This document shows, piece after piece, positions 19,701 to 24,246 of a stretch of DNA of 24,246 nucleotides. Under the pieces are notes generated by a model. That model was not told the DNA's origin. It was given only the letters and a program-made list of their open reading frames with translations, and did not search any database. Both the position numbers and the translations under genes were made by a program. The DNA comes from Candidatus Krumholzibacteriia bacterium (GTDB lineage: Bacteria; Krumholzibacteriota; Krumholzibacteriia; WVZY01): contig JBHHVD010000048.1 of the NCBI GenBank assembly GCA_046754105.1, positions 1-24,246 of the forward strand, written 5' to 3'. How positions within the stretch are numbered: position 1 is the first letter of the stretch; each line of letters begins with the position of its first letter.

Positions 19701-20213
19701 GCGGTGCTGGGCGGCCTGGTCAGTGCGGTTAAGACGACGTACGACCGCAAACAAAATGAGATGGCGTTCGTGACCATCGAGGACGAGGCGGGCCAGGCGG
19801 AAGTGGTGATGTTCTCGGACGTGCTGGGGAAACACCGCGGCATGGTCGCGGATGACCGGGTGCTGTTGCTGGAGGGCAAAGTGTCGAGGCGAAACGGAGG
19901 AGAGGGAAAACTGCTCGTGAATTCGGTCCTTCTCATCGACGAAAACCACCCTCCCGAATCGAAAGAGGTGCATATTTCGATCGATCTCGGCCGGGTGGAA
20001 GAGGGGCAGATCGATCAGATGAAACAGATCCTCGGTACCAGCAAGGGTGGTGCGCAGGTGTTCTTTCACGTTGCCGAGGGCGGCCGCAAGGCCTGTGTGG
20101 TCCGCTCGCGGTCTCTCAACGTCACGGTCGATTACGAATTGCTCGGGGCGCTTTGCGAATCGGTCGGGCCCGACAACATCAAACTCGTGCGCGGGGGATC
20201 GAGGGCGGCATGA
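16767..20213 (+). CDS. dnaE: DNA polymerase III alpha subunit
   Basis: FVHLHVHSEYSLLDG, TDHGNMFG, GPGRGSAAGS, MPDIDIDF, KIDILGL, YQEQVM, YGFNKSHSAAY; ATG 16767 with SD GAGG, overlapping the M23 gene end. Confidence 0.98.
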   Translation: MPSSFVHLHVHSEYSLLDGSIQVEKLVRRAKDLDMTALALTDHGNMFGAVKFYRTARKYGIKPILGMEAYVTRGNRWDKAKKKGELAQINHLVLLARDRQGYENLMRLSSIGYLEGFYYKPRIDMEVLRKYSGGLLGLSACLRGDIAQTVLHDGLEEARKKVDRYLDIFGEDGFYLELQDHGIEDELRVRDGVKQLANETGVPLVATNDAHYLARDDSEAHEVLLCLQTGSDFEDPKRFRFRTNELYFKDAAEMAELFADAPEAVENSLAVADRCDVVLEDGRFHLPSFPLPETHGSNAEYLRHLAYEGAKQRFSTPGEDVIERLEYELSVIDKMGYNGYFLVVRDIVNFARGQGVAVGPGRGSAAGSLLCYVLGITDVDPLEHGLLFERMLNPERVSMPDIDIDFCFERRDEVIKYVIERYGKENVCQIITFGTMAARGVVRDVGRVLKIAYGDVDRIAKLIPSAPGTSLEEALRSVPELKKLTDGDPAYRKLIGLSLTLEGITRHASIHAAGMIITPTPLMNHLPLYRTNKGEVTSQYDMKSAESVGLLKIDILGLRTLTVIDHAVRMIKKNHGTTIDPARIPLDDPRTFELLKKAETIGVFQLESAGMRELLKNLQPETFSDIIAVNALYRPGPLGSDMVSTFVDCKQGRKKIVYDHPMLEPILRETYGVILYQEQVMRVASTMAGFRLGEADLLRKAMGKKDQAVMAEQRKKFVAGAKDNGIARQKSGRIFDLMEKFARYGFNKSHSAAYAVISVRTAFLKANYPAEFTAANLTSEMDDSDRITILLDDARNQGIEVVPPDVNRCDVEFKVEAGRIFFGLAAVKNVGAKAVRQVVDEREQNGEFKSLFDFCSRVSSRIVNRRGVESLIQAGAFDGVPGHRAQKIAGLDRVMEKAARSSQDAEKGQFGLFAGDDTYIDDALEVCEEWSTHEKLAHEKESLGFFLSGHPLDKFKNLLRILGTVSTSELKNSANGKHAVLGGLVSAVKTTYDRKQNEMAFVTIEDEAGQAEVVMFSDVLGKHRGMVADDRVLLLEGKVSRRNGGEGKLLVNSVLLIDENHPPESKEVHISIDLGRVEEGQIDQMKQILGTSKGGAQVFFHVAEGGRKACVVRSRSLNVTVDYELLGALCESVGPDNIKLVRGGSRAA

Positions 20214-20977
20214 CCCTCATCCGCTGGCGAGCGTCGGTGCTGCTGGCCCTGGCGGTCGTTGTGGCCGTGTTTCCCGCCGCGGCGCAGGTGCAGGAATCGA
20301 TCTACGTCGTCGACAAGCCGACGGCGGGAATCCTGGGCAACGGAGCGTACCTGCTGCGGGGACGCCTCGGCCCCGACAGCAGTTTTCTGACGAGCGTCCG
20401 CATCGGTTTTCGGGAGCGTTTTCAAGTCGGGGTGTCGTTCGGGATGCAGCGGATACTCGAGCGCGGAAGTCCCGAGTTCAACGACAGGGTCGGCTTTCAG
20501 TTCCGCCTGCGGGTCCTCGACGAGTTGGAGGCGCCGGCCGTGGCCGTCGGCTTCGACTCCCAGGGTCTGGGCGAGTATCATGACGATGACAACCTGGAAC
20601 GCTACGACCGCAAGTCACCCGGGTTCTACGTGGTGCTGAGCAAGAATTACGCGCTGGTCGCGGGGCAGCTATCGGTGCACGGCGGTGCGTCGTGGTCTAC
20701 GGAACGAGAGGACGACGACGATCCGAATCTCTTCGCCGGCGGGGAGTGGGCGTTGTTCGAGCGCCTCTCCATCCTCCTCGAGGCGGACGCCGGGCTGAAC
20801 GACGATACGGACAACCCCGCCTTCGGGCAGGGCGGCATCTACCTCGACGCCGGCATCCGCTGGTATTACGGGGAGAGCCTGATGATGAGCTTGATCTTCC
20901 GGGACTTGAGCGGTAACTTTGGACGGTCGCGGAGCGTGGGCCGCGAGTTCGAGCTGGCCCTGATCGATTTCTTCTAG
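20210..20977 (+). CDS. Secreted, probable outer-membrane beta-barrel protein (YjbH-domain-like)
   Basis: Signal peptide ending AAAQ, VVDKPTAGIL, alternating amphipathic strands, PAVAVGFD, FYVVLSK, C-terminal Phe; ATGA overlap with the dnaE stop. Confidence 0.65.
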   Translation: MTLIRWRASVLLALAVVVAVFPAAAQVQESIYVVDKPTAGILGNGAYLLRGRLGPDSSFLTSVRIGFRERFQVGVSFGMQRILERGSPEFNDRVGFQFRLRVLDELEAPAVAVGFDSQGLGEYHDDDNLERYDRKSPGFYVVLSKNYALVAGQLSVHGGASWSTEREDDDDPNLFAGGEWALFERLSILLEADAGLNDDTDNPAFGQGGIYLDAGIRWYYGESLMMSLIFRDLSGNFGRSRSVGREFELALIDFF

Positions 20978-20986
20978 GAGGTAACC

Positions 20987-21979
20987 ATGGCCGCGCACGA
21001 GAGCGGACGGACGGCGTCCGGGCAGTATCTCGAGTTCGAACGGCCCATCATCGACCTCGAAGACAAGATCGCGGAGTTGAATCACCTGGCCTCGGTTCAG
21101 AAGATCCCGGTCGAGGAAGAGGTGAAGAAACTCACGGAAAAGGCGAGCCGGTTGCGGAACGAGATCTACTCGAAGCTGACTGCGTGGCAGCACGTCCAGC
21201 TGGCGAGACACCCGTTGCGTCCATACACCGGCGATTACATCGGTGAGATGTCGGACGAGTTCATCGAGCTGTGCGGAGACAGGGCGTTCGCCGATGACCG
21301 GGCGATAACCGCCGGCTTGACAACGCTCGCCGACAAGCGATTCATGCTGATCGGACATCAGAAGGGCCGCAACACGAAAGAAAACATCGAGCGCAATTTC
21401 GGGATGCCTCATCCCGAGGGATACCGAAAAGCGTTGCGATTGATGAAGCTGGCCGAGAAGTTCGGCTTACCCGTCGTGACCTTGATCGACACACCCGGGG
21501 CCTACCCGGGGTTGGGGGCCGAAGAGCGGGGGCAGGCGGAGGCGATCGCCCGCAACCTCAAGGAGATGGCGGGGCTCCGGGTGCCGCTGCTGTCGATCGT
21601 TATCGGGGAGGGCGGGAGCGGCGGGGCGCTGGCCCTGGGCCTGGCGGACCGTGTCCTGATGCTCGAGTACGCCATATACTCGGTGATATCGCCGGAGGGC
21701 TGCGCGGCCATCCTGTGGAAGGACGCCGGCAAGAATGTGGACGCGGCGGAGGCCCTGAAGCTCACGTCCAAGAACCTTATGTCGCTTGGTGTTATAGATC
21801 GCGTGGTGAAGGAGCCGGACGGCGGGGCCCACCGCGACACCAAGGCGATGGCGGCGGAGCTGAAACGGGTCATCTACGAAGAGCTGGACTACTTGCAGCA
21901 CATCGAGGCGGATGCGCTGGTCGAGCGCCGGCGCGACAAGTACAAGAACATCGGTTTCTTCACCGAAGATTCGTCTTGA
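20987..21979 (+). CDS. accA: Acetyl-CoA carboxylase carboxyltransferase subunit alpha
   Basis: YLEFERPI, LARHPLRP, NFGMPHPEGYRKA, DTPGAYPG, GEGGSGGALA, YSVISPEGCAAILW; SD AGGAGG. Confidence 0.98.
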   Translation: MAAHESGRTASGQYLEFERPIIDLEDKIAELNHLASVQKIPVEEEVKKLTEKASRLRNEIYSKLTAWQHVQLARHPLRPYTGDYIGEMSDEFIELCGDRAFADDRAITAGLTTLADKRFMLIGHQKGRNTKENIERNFGMPHPEGYRKALRLMKLAEKFGLPVVTLIDTPGAYPGLGAEERGQAEAIARNLKEMAGLRVPLLSIVIGEGGSGGALALGLADRVLMLEYAIYSVISPEGCAAILWKDAGKNVDAAEALKLTSKNLMSLGVIDRVVKEPDGGAHRDTKAMAAELKRVIYEELDYLQHIEADALVERRRDKYKNIGFFTEDSS

Positions 21980-22005
21980 CACCCCGACTGTAAATGGCTT
22001 AGCAT
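21976..22005 (+). promoter_or_regulatory. Putative promoter overlapping the accA stop codon
   Basis: TTGACA (21976-21981), 18 nt spacer, TAGCAT (22000-22005), followed by an AT-rich leader. Confidence 0.45.
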
Positions 22006-22086
22006 TTTAACGTTAGACCAGTTGGTTTTGTTTGCCCTAAACACGAAAGCCCGCCTACTGCCCCATCTGCTATCGGAGTTTGAGTG

Positions 22087-22260
22087 ATGATCAAGCAGGA
22101 GCTTCTCGATATCCTTGCCTGCCCCAAGTGCAAGGGGAAGGTTGAACTGGATAAAGAGGGCCGGTACTTGATCTGCCGCGCGTGCAAACTCAAATATCCC
22201 GTCAATGAGCAGGATATTCCGATCATGCTTATCGACCGCGCCGAAGAACTCGACTCGTAG
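22087..22260 (+). CDS. Trm112-like (YcaR/UPF0434) small zinc-ribbon protein, 57 aa
   Basis: Hand translation: MIKQELLDILACPKCKGKVELDKEGRYLICRACKLKYPVNEQDIPIMLIDRAEELDS*; SD GGAG; below the ORF-track size cutoff. Confidence 0.92.
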   Translation: MIKQELLDILACPKCKGKVELDKEGRYLICRACKLKYPVNEQDIPIMLIDRAEELDS

Positions 22261-22329
22261 GTCTTCGCCCCCTGCGCAATCTGGAGTCAACGCACCTTAT
22301 TCTTTGTTGAAGGGCAGAATGCATTCACC

Positions 22330-24246
22330 ATGCGCCGATCCACGCCTCTAGTTCTGTGCATGACCTATCTTCTCGCCACCGCGTCGGTCTCGTTTGCCGG
22401 CGTGACGCTAGTGGACGAGCAAAACGGGCGCTTGACGCTGGACGTTCGCTTCGACGAGGCGGCGGCGCCCGCCGCGCTGAGCGAGCCGGGTTTGCCCCCG
22501 CTCTCCTACCACCGGTTTTTCGTAGCCCTGCCGCCCGGCGCGCAGGTACGTGTTCAGGTCCGCGACGGCCGCTTCTCGGATGAGCGGGGAGACCTCCCGC
22601 AGCCCGTGCAGCTCGACCCGCCCGCGCCCGGCGTACCGGTGGCGCAAACGCCGGACGGCTTTTTCCCCGCGAGTCCCTGTGTTGCATCCGGGACCTTTAC
22701 GTTTCGAAAGACCCGCGTGGCCGCGGTCGACTGCTACCGGTCGCAGGTGGATTACACGGGTGACCGGCGCCGCGTGTGGACGGCATACCGCGTGATCGTC
22801 ACCTATCCGCCGGCACGGCATGCGCGCGCGGCGGAGTCGGACCCTCTCCTCGCCAACCTGGTGGAGAATCGCGAGTTCCTGCCGGCAACGCCGCGGGCCG
22901 TGGGGGCGGCCGCTCCGGTACCGGATCCCCAGTTCTCGCGCTCGGCCAACTGGGTCCGCATCCGGGTGGCCGAGCGGGGCGTGTACGTGGTGGAGGGCAG
23001 CGACCTTGCCCGCATCGGCGTGGCCCTCGGCTCGATCGTCGACCCGGGCAGCTTCCGCCTGTTTGCCGGCGGCGGACGCCAGCTCGATCCCGACCTGACC
23101 CGGCCGGACGGGACCTGGATCCCGGGCAACTGGATGACGGAGTGTGACCTGCTGGTCGAGTACGGGGGTGACGGCACCTTCGATCCGGGAGACCGAATCC
23201 TCTTTTACGGTCTCGGCCTGGGGGATTACGAGGACCTCTACCAGGCGGGCGCCCCGCGGGAATCACGTCTCGATCATCTCTATGCCGGCGACAACGTTTA
23301 CTTTTTAACGTGGGATGACGTCCCCGGCTTTGCAGGCACGCCGGGGCGCATGCAAGCGCGGGATGTCACCCCCGGTGCCGGCCCGGACGTGACCACCTTC
23401 GAACAGCGGCTCTACTTCGAGGAGGACCGGGTTCGCGAACTCAGTCTGGGGGGGGACGGATGGGTGTGGCAGAACATCCCGCAGCGGTTCGGCGAGGAGA
23501 CGCGGAACTTCCCGCTCTTCTCCGTCACCGATCTCGACGCCGGCCGGCCGCAGACCTTTCGCACCGTTGCCCTGGCCGCCTACAGCACGGCTACCGGTGC
23601 CAAGAACACGGATCACCATGCCGTGTATCTCATGAACGACGCCGCCGTCGGCGACCAGGTATGGAGCACCTCGGTCGGGGACCGCTTCGCCGACGGCACG
23701 GACGTGTCGATCACCGGTACCGGCCTCGTTCACGAAGGCCTCAACAAGTTCCAGCTCAATCTCCCGCGGCGGGACCTTGTCGCCCCGTTCGCGCCGAACG
23801 AAGATTTCATGTTGTTCGCCTGGTACGAGGTACGCTACCACCGGTTCCTGAAAGCGATGGCCGGGGGTTCGGCACTGGCGTTCTCCTCTCCGGATACCGT
23901 TGGCGCGATCAACTACTCCGTTACGAGTTTTGACCTTTCGGGGCAGTTGTACGTGCTCGACGTAAGCGACCAGTTCCATCCGGCAACCCTCGGGGGTTTC
24001 ACGGAAACCACCGGCGGTGGTACAAGGGCGGTCCGCTTTACATCCGGCAATTCCGGTACCCGCCAGTACTTCTGGGCCGGGACCGCCGCCGGTTTCAAGG
24101 CACCGGCCGGCATCGAGCGCTACTTTCCGAGCGACCTGCGGGCGGCCTCCGGATCGCCGCACATGCTGATCGTCACACACCCCCTGTTTCGGAACGCCGC
24201 CGAGACCCTGCGCCAGCATCGCCTCGGCCGGCTCCCGCTGGTTGCT
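22330..24246 (+). CDS. Secreted peptidase C25 (gingipain/PorU-like) protein, 5' part, truncated by window end
   Basis: Frame from ATG 22330 stays in phase to the window end (639 codons); signal peptide MRRSTPLVLCMTYLLATASVSFA; WVRIRVAERGVYVVEGSDLARIG, DGTFDPGDRILFYG, HLYAGDNVYFLTW; ends at MLIVTHPLFRNAAETLRQHR, resembling the start of a C25 catalytic domain. Confidence 0.8.
   Translation, partial: MRRSTPLVLCMTYLLATASVSFAGVTLVDEQNGRLTLDVRFDEAAAPAALSEPGLPPLSYHRFFVALPPGAQVRVQVRDGRFSDERGDLPQPVQLDPPAPGVPVAQTPDGFFPASPCVASGTFTFRKTRVAAVDCYRSQVDYTGDRRRVWTAYRVIVTYPPARHARAAESDPLLANLVENREFLPATPRAVGAAAPVPDPQFSRSANWVRIRVAERGVYVVEGSDLARIGVALGSIVDPGSFRLFAGGGRQLDPDLTRPDGTWIPGNWMTECDLLVEYGGDGTFDPGDRILFYGLGLGDYEDLYQAGAPRESRLDHLYAGDNVYFLTWDDVPGFAGTPGRMQARDVTPGAGPDVTTFEQRLYFEEDRVRELSLGGDGWVWQNIPQRFGEETRNFPLFSVTDLDAGRPQTFRTVALAAYSTATGAKNTDHHAVYLMNDAAVGDQVWSTSVGDRFADGTDVSITGTGLVHEGLNKFQLNLPRRDLVAPFAPNEDFMLFAWYEVRYHRFLKAMAGGSALAFSSPDTVGAINYSVTSFDLSGQLYVLDVSDQFHPATLGGFTETTGGGTRAVRFTSGNSGTRQYFWAGTAAGFKAPAGIERYFPSDLRAASGSPHMLIVTHPLFRNAAETLRQHRLGRLPLVA

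Noticed and set aside
22325..24219. Many short or - strand ORFs suggesting a fragmented or pseudogene region
   Set aside because: All are explained by one + strand frame from 22330 that the track omitted because it lacks a stop codon

Overview
A GC-rich, almost entirely housekeeping bacterial chromosomal window, nearly all on the + strand. Order: 3' end of nadC, birA (no HTH domain), coaX; CIRCE/HrcA-controlled groES-groEL; an uncharacterised Ig-like plus TolB-type beta-propeller lipoprotein; a DapL-type PLP aminotransferase; folB-folK-deoxynucleoside kinase-panB-panC (no panD); a GlmU uridyltransferase-domain-only protein; a HIT protein; a LytR_C protein; a DUF4321-like membrane protein; tatA; a PpiD/SurA-like chaperone (the only - strand gene); a large M23 peptidase, dnaE, a predicted outer-membrane protein and accA; a Trm112-like mini-protein; and the 5' part of a PorU/gingipain (C25)-like secreted protein running off the right edge. 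The last two are absent from the supplied ORF track. Gene content suggests a diderm of the FCB-related candidate phyla (inference only). I see no mobile element, CRISPR array, tRNA or rRNA, and no clearly novel self-contained system. The best leads are the PorU-like protein, the envelope genes coupled to dnaE, the split GlmU cluster, the intact PHP site in DnaE and the degenerate PpiD parvulin site. All family calls come from recognising motifs by eye; no database search was run.
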